64,000 nucleotides of DNA from Catajapyx aquilonaris (taxonomy: Eukaryota), in contig KZ538287.1 in the NCBI GenBank assembly GCA_000934665.2, forward strand, positions 1-64,000. Direction: 5' to 3'. A program made the position numbers and the translations under genes. Below, piece after piece: positions 33,201-48,200 of this stretch. The notes beneath the pieces were generated by a model, which made no database searches, was not told the origin of the DNA, and saw nothing but the letters and a program-made list of their open reading frames with translations. The first letter of the stretch is position 1, and each line of letters starts with the position of its first letter.

Positions 33201-36200
33201 TAGACGCCAGGGGTCGACAACAGTCCATCAGATCCTGGGAGGGGGGGGGGNAGGATTTTCAGAAAACCTTAAGTCCTCTGGTTTAGTAGGCAACCTACAA
33301 GATTCATTGTGACAGGAGACTGGTTTTAATCCTGTTGCAAGAAAGGACTGTAATTGCCACAATTTTTCCCAATTTTTCACATGATGCAATCCATGGAGTT
33401 TGGATATCTCCAGGCTCGTCTCAAGTGGGATTTCACACTAACCACCCAGGGGAACAAAATGGCCTCTGCAGCATCCTCATGACCAGCTCTTATTAACATA
33501 TTTTAAATTTAACCTCCGCACCAAGATTAGTCTCCCAATTAGTGTGGGTAATTCGATGCCGACTCGGTACATTGGACATGCCCGCCATGGTAAGGACTTA
33601 GAATCGCCAATAGAGTCTCTCTCCCCAAACCAAATGAAGTACCCAGGTCCAGAGGTTTTCCCCCCTCCAACAGCCCTTGCCTCAATCTCAATAATCCCAG
33701 CTTTGGGAGGCCTTCCAGCCACACATTACACGAGGCAAAGACGCGGAAAATCTATCAGGAAGCTAATGTGAGTGGAGAGGTGGGGAGGAACTGGAAGATT
33801 TTCCCTCCACCCCCTGACTTTATACCAGGGGAACCCAGAATCAACCATCGTGGGGGAGGAGATTCCAGACTTAGAAAGACCCCAGTGATTATCCATTTAC
33901 CGTCTTGGGAGGCCTCTCACGAAAAGAGCATCCCATAACTTCCGATTACTTAATCAATTAGGATTTTTGCATGGGTGAAGAAAAAAAGGGGGGGTCATTA
34001 CAATGCATGTGTGGTCTTAACAATTTCTAGGTCGGGGTCAGGAACAATGGCTAAAAAAATAAATTTTGTTGAGCGAACAGAAATGTACAGATATCATATA
34101 TGGAAAATTATTTTTATGACATAATTTGACATGAACAGACTTTTCTTCGCGTTTAAAAAAAATAACGACATACAGTTACGCAAGACGCAATTAGAGCTAA
34201 CAAAGGTATCAAAACATCAGGTATTCAATCTCTCCCGCCCTGTTCAGAAAAAAATGTCCGTGATCGAATGACGCAATTCGAGACACGAAACGCCTCGTGT
34301 CCTTTGCATTAAGAATAGGGTACCCCGAGGACACAAGGTGGTGAACCTGGAATATATAAATCAGATGAAAAGGTGAACGCTCGCTGATTGATTTCTTTCT
34401 AGACATTACGACGCAAACATTCATCTTTAAAGAAGGTTGTGCAATTATGTGTACCTGAAAGGATCACGATCTCTAAAATCTGGCTAATGTATTATGAATA
34501 AAACAATTTGAATTGTACATCCCAAAAACTGAGGATGCACGCTAGAGTTGGCCCACTTATAGGTGACTTTCATGCTGTGATATTTAATTACCAGTCGGAT
34601 TTCCAGCCAGTCTACGCCCATTTACGTCCGTTAATTGCTAGACTGATAGTTTACATGATGAATGGGGGAACCCAGACTGCGAATAAAAGCGCGACCTGTT
34701 GTGGACCCCCCTCTTTTTTTGGGAGGGGTCCTGTTGCCCCCCCTCAGGCCCTGAATCTATGATCAATTAGCAGGCCCGGACAATTAATTCCAATCAGGAT
34801 GTCCTGATCCATTCTTTACAGAGTGTTACAATTGAAACCGTTTCCACCTCTTTGGCGAATTGATTACTACCAAAATGAGGGTCTTACAGCGATTGCATCA
34901 GGTTGGAAGTCCATTATGCAATGGACAATTCAATGATGAAGAGCATTGTGACAAACCTCTGGTGTCATCAGATGGGTAATGAGTTATTGACTAGCATTAG
35001 TTTGAATCGAAATTCATGCAACTTCAGGATATTTCTGTTTCTTGTAGCTGAAAACTTGGGCAGTGCAGTGCCCTGATAACGATGCGTCGCATATCAAATA
35101 GCACCACCCAGTAAAAAATTTCCATATGGATCACATGTAGATTCCGGTGCACGAAATCTCCATTACAGTCACATGGAGAATCCATGACATCCATAATGTA
35201 TATTTTTAGTCTGGTATAACTGCAAGTTTGTGTCATATCCGGCTATGATATTGTCCAAATACTAAGAAACTAATATTTCCTAACAAAAATCACATATCAA
35301 ACGTTTATCCTGCAGGTAATAACAGAATCTGCTGTCATCTTTTCTTCTCCAATATAACAGTTCTTCCCATGTTGCATTGTGATGGTGGGTGACCCACGCC
35401 CTTGCCCCAGCTCTGAACCAGGTCTCGTCACGGTCATACCACCATAATTGATACCACGTGATTCTCCTCCTCTGGAATAATCAAGCTTGAGGGGAATTTA
35501 TGGCTGTGGGAGGTCGAGAAAGAAAGCGCCACTACGCCCCACTTTACACGAATTTCGCCCCCAAACCTTACACGACCAGATTATGTCTGCTCATTTTCAT
35601 ATATCATATGAATATGATCATATAAGTAGCCAATAGCATATGGTATTTAAATTTTGTTAAAATTGTAACTACATAATATTATAACACATCCAAACAGCAG
35701 TTAAAAACAACCTGAAGACAGTCCTACTCAGCTATTAAAAATTCACCGCCTTATGCATAGTAAGTGTCGTAAACAAAACAACAAAGCAATTCAATAACTT
35801 CTCGCCTTCATTGCAACACCAAAGATTGTTGGAAGTTTTTTTTTCGACACACAACTAGGGGGGTGTCTTAACCCTTCCGTAGCCTCTTGGGAGGTCCAGC
35901 ATCTCTTACAAAAATTACCCACACAGAGCACGTTTTACATGCGATCTTTTAACCCACAGGTTAACCCCTAAAATATCAATAACATATTTTGAAATCGCAG
36001 CAAAAATTGTCGCCTGAAAAAAATTCTTTATACTATAACATGGCGACAAAGGAAAATTCCTGTCGGCTTTTCAGGGATTTTTTCTGGTCAGTTTTACCTA
36101 TTTTTTTGTGGGCTTTGTCAGAGAAAAGAGGTGTGCTGAGAATCCCCCACCTTTTATGTCACCGCCACGTAATCTGCCGCCAACAAGCTGTTCACGAAAG

Positions 36201-39200
36201 CGGAATGGCATGATGCTTGTATGTCCTCCAGGCCGTGCAGATTATCACTCTTCTCTCTAACTCTCTTTTTCTCCACCAAATTCCTGTTTTCCGCTGTTTT
36301 GTGGGACCTGATTTGATCATGTGCACATCAGGTCTCGTGCAAAAAAAAGGAGGTTGGCACAAAAGGGTATGGCATGTGTACAACACTGACATGTGCTTTG
36401 CTTGTAATGGTGTATGTAATACGAGATAGTCTAAGCCAGAAGAAAATCGCAAAATTATCACGAAAAATATGTATTTGAATAGTTGAAGATTGAACTGCAA
36501 TTTTTCTTCTGTTTTGACAATTGATATTTGTGTACCGAAAAAGAATGGCACACTTCTCCAGATTCTGCCAAAATGTTGGCCTTCCAGGTGCCATTTGTCA
36601 AGGACCATGGTCCTTTTCTTGCACACAAGAATAGGCTCAATCTCGCGCTTGTCTTGCTGCCGGTTCTACTTCACAGGAAACATTTGTCTCAACCCTGTCA
36701 AAGGGCTCCCGCCATGGAGGGTGGTCGCCATGTATCTCCTTCAATCTAACTTGCTAGACAGACACTCATTACAAGCTCTTCCTTTGACCCTGAAGGTGAC
36801 CCATAATATGACATGAGAAGAAAAAAAATGTCCATCTCGATTGAACGACCATGAATAAGAATTGAATCTTTTGGAACAGTTTTGATCGGAAATGGCCGCC
36901 CCCTTCCCTTATTCCCTTATTCTTTTTGCGCTTCTTTGCACTTTTCCATCTTGGAAGAGAACCTGCATGGAATCCCGGATCTTTTTTTTATGTGAGAAAA
37001 TTTGAATTGGAGAATCACAGGCGGGCTATGGGGTTCATCTCGTCGCCCTATTACCCACCGTTGACTTTTCTCTACTTTGGACAAAGGAGTCGTTCGTCTG
37101 GAACCAACTCCTCAGGTTCACATCACATCGATAACGAAGCAGTTTTTTTTTCTTCTTCTTTTCCTCCATTCTTTTCTTGGGTGGGAGGTTGGTAACAAAA
37201 TGGTCAAATTTCTCCATCTATTTTTAAGGGCTGAAAATTTAAGGAAAGGAAAAAAAATGTGTCTATCCCAAGCAATCAGATGGGGATTAAAACCCTCAAA
37301 AATGTGGGTATCCTTCAAAAGAAACTATTGATTAGAATCAATGTTACTTTCATAGCAAACAGTTTGGCATGTTTGAATGTGGGTTGAATCCATGTTCACG
37401 ATGTTGTTTACAAAGCCATGACCTAAGCCAGGTTACATAACATAATTTATGTACCATACATAAAATTCGCATGTGTCACAAAAATTGCATAAAAATCATT
37501 TAAAAATATTTCCATTCATATTAAATTAAATTTGGATGTTTATTTTTAGTGTCACTTCTTGTAACACATCCTGTACTTTCGCCATAGTTGTGTAAAAATT
37601 GATGGCCATATAAGGGGCGTCAATTACGTGATTAAGTACCCGGCACAAATCGATGACGTAACGTGTCCCAGAGGGTACCACACTACTTAATCGGATTTCG
37701 GTAGTTCGGAAGTAATCGAAGTTCCTTTTCTTCTCCCCCCCCCCTTCCCAAACCGATAACAAGTTTAACTATACAACCAATCCTGATGAAACAGTGTTTC
37801 GGGAATAGGAATCCATCCATTTTGCCTGCATTGCTCCTAATTGGTACCCGGGTTTACACAACAACCATTTGTTCCCTGAATAATGCCAGCTGCATTAGTA
37901 GCTTCGATCGTACGTTAATTAGAAAAGGATGGGTGCCTCGACCCAAAAATTTGCGTTTTTTTCTTCCTTTTTTTTACTAGTCTCCGTTTTAATTACGACT
38001 ACCAATTAACTTGAACCCCCCAAAAAAGGGGTTTCTTCCGGACAAAAATATAAATGAAGTATCTTCCTTGGCGTACCCAGAAAAAAAAAATCGTTTCTAA
38101 CAGTGTATAGTGTTTCCTCTATTGCCAAAGGTTGGACTTGAAAGCCTTATGGAGGGTTGGAAATTTACAATCCAGTTTCCAGGCGCGGCCTGCTCGCCAT
38201 ATTTTGATCCATACAAGGCCACGTAAAGGGGACCGGAATTGCCCAAAATGCTCTGCCAGGTACTTACTAACACCTGCCTTTTTGAGTTACAACCCGTTCG
38301 AGAACTGGGTAATCCCCGACAGGTATTATTTCCGGACTGACACCGTAGCAATCGACTTGACCGTGACAAATCTTTTCTTCTTCTTTTATTTTAATTTTAA
38401 TTTTATTAGAGTGAATTCATCAAGTGCACATTTTGTCACGTAATAAGTAGGCCTACATGACAGAAAATTTCATAAAAAATTAATTTACAGCCAAAATTAT
38501 CGTGTTATTTTCGTCACCAATGAGAATAGCTTTAAACAATAAAAAACTATAACTAAAACAACCATAAATAAGAACAATAAACAATAAAATAAATTTATAC
38601 TTAATTTTCATTACTTCTTTAGTTTCGAGTAATTATTTAATTCATTGTGCTATTTTAATTTAATTGCATTTATATTTTCACTACTGCGGTAAATCGTGTC
38701 ATTGAAGAATCGCCTCTCGGCTAAAAATTTCGGCAACATATTCTTCTTTTGTCATATTTATGCTCCTTGTAACATTTCACTGTTATTTTCATTTAATATT
38801 ATTTTCAATAAGGGCATACCCGGCTAAACCTTTGGCGCTCAAGCCCGTTTCCTTATACCTGACGATCAATTTGGAAACTCCGGAAAACCGCATATAAGGC
38901 AGGCGCAGACCATTGTTCCTCGCCAACGCTATCCCCTGTTATACGTCGTAACAAAGGCCGTGTCCCTGTCGTTTCCCCCAAGATTATCCCCGACGTCCTA
39001 ATTACGCGCGGGGAGGAGGACAGGTATTTCGGCCTCCTTTTGTGCGCCTAATGACAACATTATCATTAATGAATGGCCCCCTGCACTGCACTCTCCAGTC
39101 CGCGGAACTGACACCACGGCATTTTGAAGTCGGCTTTGGTTTGGGTTTTTTTCCTCCCCTTTTGTAACCAGGATGAAGAAAAACATGAGAAAATGTGGAT

Positions 39201-42200
39201 ACCACGACGGTGTTGGTTAATTAGTGATTAATTGACACCTCTAGGAAGATTTCCGGCTAAAGTAAGACCACTGGGAACACTAGCGACGCTCTGACGGCCA
39301 ACTGTTGAACTGTAACATACGGCGCGATCTTTGGCGGCTAGTTTTTGAATTCCACTGCTTATAATAAAAACTTATGTTTCTCACATATTCAAGACACGCA
39401 AAGGCGAAACAAAGTACTGTACTTTCCACCTAATTATTCAATTAAAAGTGACTTTTAGTACCCATTGTCACAACAGGCTTCTGCCTAGGCCGCGATATGT
39501 AAAATTAACAAATAAATCCTCATGAAATTCCTCGCCCACCTGAATGTTACGTTTTCAATGGCACAGCATTTGACGGCGCCAAGAGAGCACTCTGGTTTAA
39601 TGAAATAACATTCAGGACCGGCGAAACAAACGCCAGGGAAGCGGCACACAAAAAGAGCACCATTTATGGCTGACCTGTTTCCACAAGAAAGATATAAATT
39701 TTAGCGCTACACCTGGGAGTTATTTACAAGCGGAGCCGAGCGAGGAAGATAAATCCGGGCCCAGCTTCAAAAGAGAAGAGACTTCCCACGCTCTGGCTCC
39801 GAATCGAGGAGTCAGCTAGAGTGAAAAAGATCACCGGTCACGACCACGCTGATCTGGATCAACTTACTACTAAGGTGCACACCGGAGGCTTGTAAAACAG
39901 AGATGGATACACGTGGAGGCCACAAAATGGCGCCTAATACTTGTCAACCCGACGCTATCAGTAGATGGCGCAGGCTGCTTCCGTCCGATTTTCTAGAGGC
40001 ACGACATGACGAAATCGTTTTAATACTTGCAGACGTTGGATCACTCTTGTTCAACCTTCCTCTATACAGAAAAGAAAGTTTATTGAACGCCCGGAAGGCA
40101 AACTCTCGACATTCGACATTCTTCCTCCTTCGTTTAGTTCCTCCTTTCCTCAATATGACTCCAGAACAATTGGAATTCCGATGTCTACACCCTCTCCCTC
40201 GATATCTGCTCTGAAATATCAAGCCTATGCCCTCCAAATTACACGTCTGGTCTGATCTACCGTCCGTTTCTCCACCAAATAGTGCTAATTTGTCTGTTCG
40301 CACTTTGGGTGGGGGTGGGGGGTGGGGGTAAAACCTGGTAAATCACTTTCGACATTTCCAAACATTCTTTAAATTCCTAATTACAAAGAGTTGAAGTAGC
40401 ATAATGAGATATTAAATATTAAACTGTATCCTCTCTTTGCATTGTAAATATCTGCCCAATTGGCCTATAAAATGACATTTGAATATGTAATCGAGTCGAC
40501 ATATTGCTTCCACGTGTATTCCGGCAATAATCCGGAGTTTCACCTCGCACTTTGCATTCAAATGATGCTCACCCTGTTTTTTACAAGAACATTCCCCTAA
40601 CTTATTTTTCTCTTTCTGAAAAGTCCATTTCCGATACTAGTTTCCCCCCCATAATAAACCGTGGATTTATCATCGATGACAAGTTTGAACTGCTATATTT
40701 CCTAACATGCTGCGCCGTGACCACTAAAGCACAGAGTTGACAACTCAACCTATCATAGCATAAGTTACGATACTAACTTTTTCCCCTCAATTGAGCCCAA
40801 ACCCACCCCTTTTTTTTCCTTTCTTTGATCATTTGGAAGCGGAAAAGTGGAGAAGTCTGTGCGGAATTGCCTCAAGTGCTACTAACTTGCACTTGTCATC
40901 CTTCCTTACAACCTTCCCCCCCCCCCCCCCCCCCCCCCCNCCCCCCCACCAAAAACCTCGGCTCCTCAAATAGCGCCTAAGTGGAAACAACATCAGAGAA
41001 ACTTTTAACGCGCTCCACAAGAGGCACTTACAGCAAGTATTAAGTCCACAGAGGCACTAGCTAGGATTAATTTTGAACCAAGAATGAAGGTAGCGGTTGG
41101 AAACGAGTGCGCATGGGTTCTGCGCAAGTGGCGCAATAACGCTGCGCAGTAGCACACGTCATGCGCACATCAATGCGCAGTGCAAACTGTTGATGCTATA
41201 AACGCTTTTCCTGGAAAGGAAACCTCCTCAGAACTTGATTACATAAGAAGATTGCATACGTTTCAATTGGAAGCCCCCGGGAGGGTATTACTTCTCAGAA
41301 GCGTACTTGAAAACACACGTAATGCCTTGCCTTTAACCCCCACAAGCCAATGAGATGAAGAACCGAGTTAGCGGAAATTCAATTACGAGTAGAAAGCGGC
41401 CATCGGATGGCGTGGCAACAACTCTTGTTGGGTGGCTTTGCTAATAGGATTATCGGATCTATCTGGCACGGGCTTTTGGCGGCTCCTCTTGGCCCCCCCT
41501 CGTTTTCTTTTCCGCGCTCTTGGCCCCGGGGCAGACTCCTTCTCGGTTTCTTTTTCTCCTATATTTTTTTTTACAGCTCTTCTTAAGTGTGTGGGAGTAC
41601 TTTGGGTGAATGGCTGCAAGAAACTGCTCCGAATGGTTGCAAGATGAAGTCAGTCGTCGAAGCAATTTTCGGGACGCGTGGGATTAAAATGCTTGGCACC
41701 GGACAAAAATAATTACACATGCGACGTGCACAGTGCATGTAGTCATGTGCATACAAATGTCGTACTTGGCACGAAAATTTAAGGTGGCAGGAATTCTTCC
41801 ATAAAATGTAGACTGATCTTGTTGGTTACATGTATTTGGCGCATCTTTGACGTGAAAATAAATCAGTAAATTATTACCGTGTAACAGCCATATTTGAAAT
41901 AAAAGAGCGATACATCATGGACAGAACATCGATGAACCCACACTCCTACAAAACTACAACAACAATGTCACTAGTACACAATACGCCCAATCGAACTGGC
42001 TGATACATGAGACTGTCCTCTCCCATAAATTTAACCCCACACCCGGAATAAAATAGAAATAAAAATCACTCTCCACCCCACGCCAGTCATTATAAATTGT
42101 GAATTTCGACTACCCAATCACCGCTTGCAAATAATAAAAAAACACACAACACAATACATGTACTCGTGCCTTTCCCCAAGCAATCGAAGTAGAATTTGTC

Positions 42201-45200
42201 TCAATACATTACACTAGATGAATTGGCACTTGAGGCCAACGTGACATTGGCACTGACCACGCCCCATTCCAGAAATGGGGGGTGGAGAAACAACCCCGAT
42301 CACTTTAGCCTCAGGGACAATGTGAAGGGAGAAAAAAAAATAGAGTCAAGATAGGCCTACCCTTATAGCTAAAAAAGAGACGCTCCTTATTTATTACTCC
42401 CAGGTCAGGAGATGTAATTATTCACGTTTTCTGCACCACACCTTTTCGCCCTGAACCTACATTAAAAATACTGCGGTGCTCTTCAAAATGACAAATAACA
42501 GTTATGTTCGCCTATTAATAACCAGGAAGTTTGGTCACTGTAATCGCGACAGTGATGAGATGCTGTTTTAGTACGAAAAGAAACGTGATCTTGAGTTTCA
42601 CGAGATAAGACAGTTTATTTTTAACTGTCATACTGTCGCGTGTGGACAATTTGTGAGACTGGAAATGTCACCTGCTGCTATGGGCCAGGTTTGTAAAGTT
42701 TTTCTCTCAGACTTTGAAGCACTTTTTGTTGTTGACGAACTGTTGGTGGCAAATGGGAATGACACACAAGAATGCAATGTATGGGAGGTCCGTAATGAAC
42801 GTTATGTAAACAGCAATCGCTTCATCTTTATTGCGCTTGCATACCTGACGGTTAATTGGGATAATTATGCATAACTCGCGTTGCTTCATGTTTTATGTTT
42901 ACGATCCTGGAATTTAACAGCGGTGAAGTATTTGTCACCATGCGTACAAATTACTCTTCCAAATATTTGGAGCCACATTCAAGCCATATTACTATTAATG
43001 AATTATTTTTGATCACTTCATTGCAGTCGTCATATTTCTGAATTAATTCAGTGAACTTATGAATATTTAGAATACTGTATATTACGCCGGTGTAGATTTT
43101 CCTTCACTATTTTTCACTAAAAATTTTCATGAAAAATGGTGCACTTTTCCCTTCAAAATATTTCATAACCCAAAGTCCCTTGCCCCCAAAGCCTGATTGC
43201 AGCAGAAACGTGTGTCCTGCGCAAACCGTCCCCTAGTGTCCATCCCGTCTCTTCATCTCACTTACGCTAATCACGCCAGCAATATCCGAGTAGCATAACT
43301 CTAATTGACCTCCTTTTATGCAATATGACGACCGCCTACCCTCCCGGTCTGAAAAGTCTATTAACAATAGGAAGAGAGGGTCGAGCCAGGGCAGCAATGG
43401 CGGGTCCAAATAATATATGAGTCCAGTGGCAAGAATCGCAAATGAGTCTACAGCGATGTCCCTTAACCCCTACCGAAAAGGGGACCATATAAATAAAATA
43501 TAACCATCATGAATAATCCCAGTTTTTTATATATACCGTAAATCTAGTCGACAGAATTTGTAGATAAGAAAAAGTCAAAACCAATCCTCATCATCATTTT
43601 TTTTTCAAAAAAAAACAAGGGGATCTAATTACTCTGCCTGACCTTCCTTGTGACCGCTCCGGATAATAACAGTTCTAAATAATAGCTTTGCCAGCGTGTG
43701 GCCCCAGCCAGTTATGGTCATGAGCACCGTAATCAGGGGGATTTAATTATGGCTTTCATCCCGAATGGGAATTAATTGAACCGAGGATCCCCCTGTAACA
43801 CACACAAAAAAATGTGGCATCAACCCATGTTTTCATGTTGATTAAATATTTAGAGTCAGAAAGTGTGTCCCCCTCCTCCAAACCAGACCACCATCTTGTA
43901 ACATTGATCCCCAGAAGCTGAGGGTAATAAATGTGTAATTACAAACTTCCAGTCGCAATTTCTAACCGTTACGAGTTGTTTAGGAGCATGGCATTTAAAT
44001 GTTTGGGGAGGGGGGGGGGGGAGGGTTGGAAACGATGTCAAAACCTCATGCCTCGCGTTTAAGCTCTGTTACCTCTAATTCATGGCCGCATTTTTGGACA
44101 TGACATTTCAGGAAGGCCCTCATACATTACATCCCGCCCACCTTTGAAGAGGAAGAAGAAGAAAAAAAAAGAAACCAGTCCTCTGGATCACCCCCAACCA
44201 TTTGCAATGCCAGGGGGGTCCCAACTGAAAAAATTCCAACCTCAAAGAGATATTTAGTGAGCGTTGTTTGTTGTCCGTTTGTGTATCTAACCGTTATTAC
44301 ATCACCCCCTGCCCCCATGTCACGCGTAGTAACTTAGAAGCAAACCCATCCTCATATTTCACTTTCGAGAAAAAATCTGCCATATTTCCATCTGTATGAC
44401 CGAGGCCTGCCATAATTATATTGTTTACGCGACGCTTCCAATTGGGTCCATTTCTGCGCCTGCGCAATGGGGATACAGCAGCGCCTCTGGTGGATGGAAC
44501 TAGTTAAATGGCTAATTCTGGGTACTTGCGCCGTTTAAAGTTGCAAAAATTCGCTTAGTAAAATTTGTCGTATTAAAACTTAATGTCAGGTTGTCCGCGG
44601 TGGGAATCAGACCTGGCTTTTCGCTCGGAATTGCACGTAAATAAGTCAAAGTGAGCGAGTGGAATCAGGAATTGCAGAATCCCTTAGGAGTACCTGCCAT
44701 TAGAAAACAGCACAGGTACAGGGTGCTTCGTAATAATTCAAACCTTTGCAGGGTGTATTTGGGTATCACACGTTATTTAGAGATGGATTCAGTACCAACA
44801 GAATAATGGTCAACAACGCTGAATGGCCAAAAGTGTTGCATAAATATTAAAAATTATTTATCACATTCTAAGACACGCTCCATGAACTTGAGTGCATCTT
44901 TCCGCCAGTTTTAATATATAATGGATTGAACTCGCTGGAAACAGCTTTAAAAATTCATGCATTTTCCACAAAGGCTTCAACTTCGCAGTGAGCCATAGCA
45001 TATCCCTATGTCACTAATTTCTTAATCATAGTCTGAGACTCAAGGCCAACCGGATATTTCGCATAAGGAACATGCTTAAACTTTCAAATGGCCGATATTT
45101 ACCAAAGTTAATATTACTGTCCGGAATGACGGGTTACAAGACGCTAATTTGATCACGCGCCTTGTAACTTCGCGCAATATAAATCAAAAAAATACCAGAT

Positions 45201-48200
45201 TGGTCACTTGTAATACCGTACATGGTAGTATTCCTCCGACATTTTAGATTTACATACGATTTTTTTTTCATTTAAGAAAAACCTCCAACCGGATTCCTAC
45301 AGAGGCTAAGAAAAAGCTCGTTTGCGATTCGGCCAAGGATGCGTCGTCTTGTCTTCACCGTGTGTAACATCTCAATTAGGAGCTAAGTAGTCGCATTTGT
45401 CTCGCCAGCTGACTTTTACAACTCTATTCCCCCCAAAAAGTCGTCAATAAACCTTAAGTAACAGCGTTAGGTTGCCATGAAAGACTCGTCAAATAGTTTC
45501 TCCCTGTTTTCAAAATAAAAAAGTTTTCGAAGGGGGAAAAAAATCCTTAATTTGGGGGGTGGACTTAAGGATGGTTCTAATCAACCCCCTGTACCAAACA
45601 AGAGACAGAACTTGATGTGCAATTCAAGCTAAGCCTGAACCCAGCAGAGAATAAAACCGGGGGCTTCCTTCTCTCGACTCTCTGAAAAGTAGCAATCAGA
45701 CTGCACACCAGCTGTAAACTGGCTTGTAAAGTTAATAACACCATCGCATTTGCATCCGGAACATCCCCCACCACCACTCCGGGGATTCCGATGCAATAGA
45801 TGCTGGATACACTTGGAACCAAGTTCGAGTCCACCAACTGGAATAGCGAACATTCGAAATTTCGTTTTGCCACTGACTGTCTGTTGTTTGTCCGAGCTAT
45901 GACTCACCCCGGACAAACAACCAAACTGATCAAAAGTTTTGGCGAATTTTGGCAAAATTTTCATTTTTATGAATTTTACGAGCTCAACCGAGTGCGAACC
46001 CACACTCTCCCAGCACCATTGCCTGAGTTACTCCCTAGGATGATGTCAATAATAATAATTAGGCACCAACTTGCCAAAGTTAGGCAAAAAATTAGGTAAA
46101 AGTGCGAAAGTGGAGAGAGAGAGATCCGCACCAGGCAGCAGCATCGAAGCGACATCCGGCGGTGAAGTGCAGAAGTAAGCGAGTCGCCACCCACGCGGTG
46201 GCGCTCGCAACGGCCGAACTGGGAATTCCGTGGAACGGCCGCTGTCGGCTTTTTTGTCGTTTTTTTTTTTAGTTTTCAAAGTTCCTCTGCACCGTTTCCA
46301 ATAAACAAAAGTGGGTTGCAAATATAGAAAACACGGGCTAATTTAACAAATGTAGACGTAGTGCTGGAAATATGTGCATCACTTATTTACCAATACACCT
46401 GCTATACAAAGATCTTACCAGCCATCATTGTTAATGCCAACCCTGCACTCTGCGTGACTGTAGTGGCGCACTCGTTTCCTGCAGTTCTGCAGTTTTCCAA
46501 CCCGTCTGTCCCAGAGTGTCCTCATCTTTGATGTCTGCCATGCCACCGTAAAAGTCTCTAGAGACCATTTTTGGACACCGTGTGCCGAAAGTCACAGCAC
46601 GCATCCTAAATGACTTCTCTTCTCCCTTCCACCATCAACTTTTCCTCCTCTCTTGGGTAGCCGGATTGCGATTCCTGCAGGCGTCTCCTTTTCGCTTTTT
46701 GCTCCGCCATTTATGCATCACCGCAGATTGGCAAAGTTTACGCCCAAAAGTTTTCTCCGGCTCCTTATTCTCTCACAGGACTTTCGTATATACTACAAGT
46801 CCCCCTTTCCTTGTGTTTTTCATCGCCCAGAGACGCCATTAAAGGAACCCCAGGCACAATTACAGAGCAGCGTGTAAAATCTTAGAAGATTCCTCCACCC
46901 ATAATGACACGTACCAGTTTGCGACTTTGAGAAAAGCCGAGTAATGACACGGCTGATGTCTTGGAAAACCAGTCATTTCTCGTTTTCCAAATTGTCAGTG
47001 CGACTTGGAACTGTTGCGAAAATGGTGGGGTTTTTTTCAGGGGGGTGTCGGTACTCTCAGACGAAAAGATATGCTAATGGACAGGGGGTAAAAAAGTTTA
47101 AATCTACATCTTTGGGTCTGGATGTCAGTTATAATTAGAGCACCACCTGGTCCTTTCTACGTCATGGTATACAGGGGCAGGGGGGAGGGGAAATTTGTAA
47201 AAAAATAATTACAGTAATTATTCATCTGGAAGTAGTGGTTTGCTACTGACATTATTACCAGTTGCTCTGCAAGTATGCGTAATAGGCTGGTACACTAACA
47301 CGTGAGTACTGATAGATCTCTTCGTTATTTCACTAATTAATTTATATTGCATGTAATTATTGTATCAGGCCTTTCAAGGGCACATATCATGTTGAACTAA
47401 TGTGCGGTTTACCCATTGCCAAATTGCATGTACATGGCTGGGCAACACTATTGTCCCAACTATAATGCAATTTATTCCCAGATGTATTTAAATGATGTCA
47501 TATTCGTATGTTTCTGTATAAATCAGGAATGTATTTATTTATTATTTCTTATCATTCTATGGCATGGCGTATAATCACAGGTGTATCACAATAAATAAAT
47601 AAATAATTAGTAGTAGGCTACTATACGTCGGATACTATACTTTGGATAATTATTAAGTTAGAACACCTAAATCGTTCACAGAGAAAACTCATTGAAGACG
47701 TATAGTAGCTACAAGCCCACAGCAATGTCACAATATAATTGATATATTGCCTTTTATAAGTGGTCAGTTTGACCCACATTTTTTCACCCCCAATCGATTC
47801 GATACCCCTAGAGCCCTTCTATAAATGTCCATATATTTTTGTAACACCAACCTAAACCTCCGGACTTCACGCGCGTGAAATGAATTGGACACGGTTGGTA
47901 GCACTAAATTGCTCGGGTGACCAAATCCATCCTAGGGAAGGCGTATCGTCTCAGTAATTTTCCCAGAAAGAAATATACCGTAATCGTAACGCAAACACAT
48001 AATTAGGGCATTTGCATAGGAGAAAGGAGATGTGCTGGCCAAGATAGAACCCGACGCTAATAATGCTCACAAAAGCTTCTCTTCTCTCTCCTTTTCCTTG
48101 GCGCTTTTCTCGCCCTCATAATTAATACCACTCTTCCCCCCCCCCCCNCCCCCCCCCCCCCCCCCCCATCTCTACCACCCCTCGTTATAACTTCATGGGT

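Noticed and set aside
45976..46194. Hydrophobic minus-strand ORF as the missing collagen TM exon
   Set aside because: No coiled-coil, furin site or CxCP end, and no suitable phase-1 donor; it ends in a stop codon.
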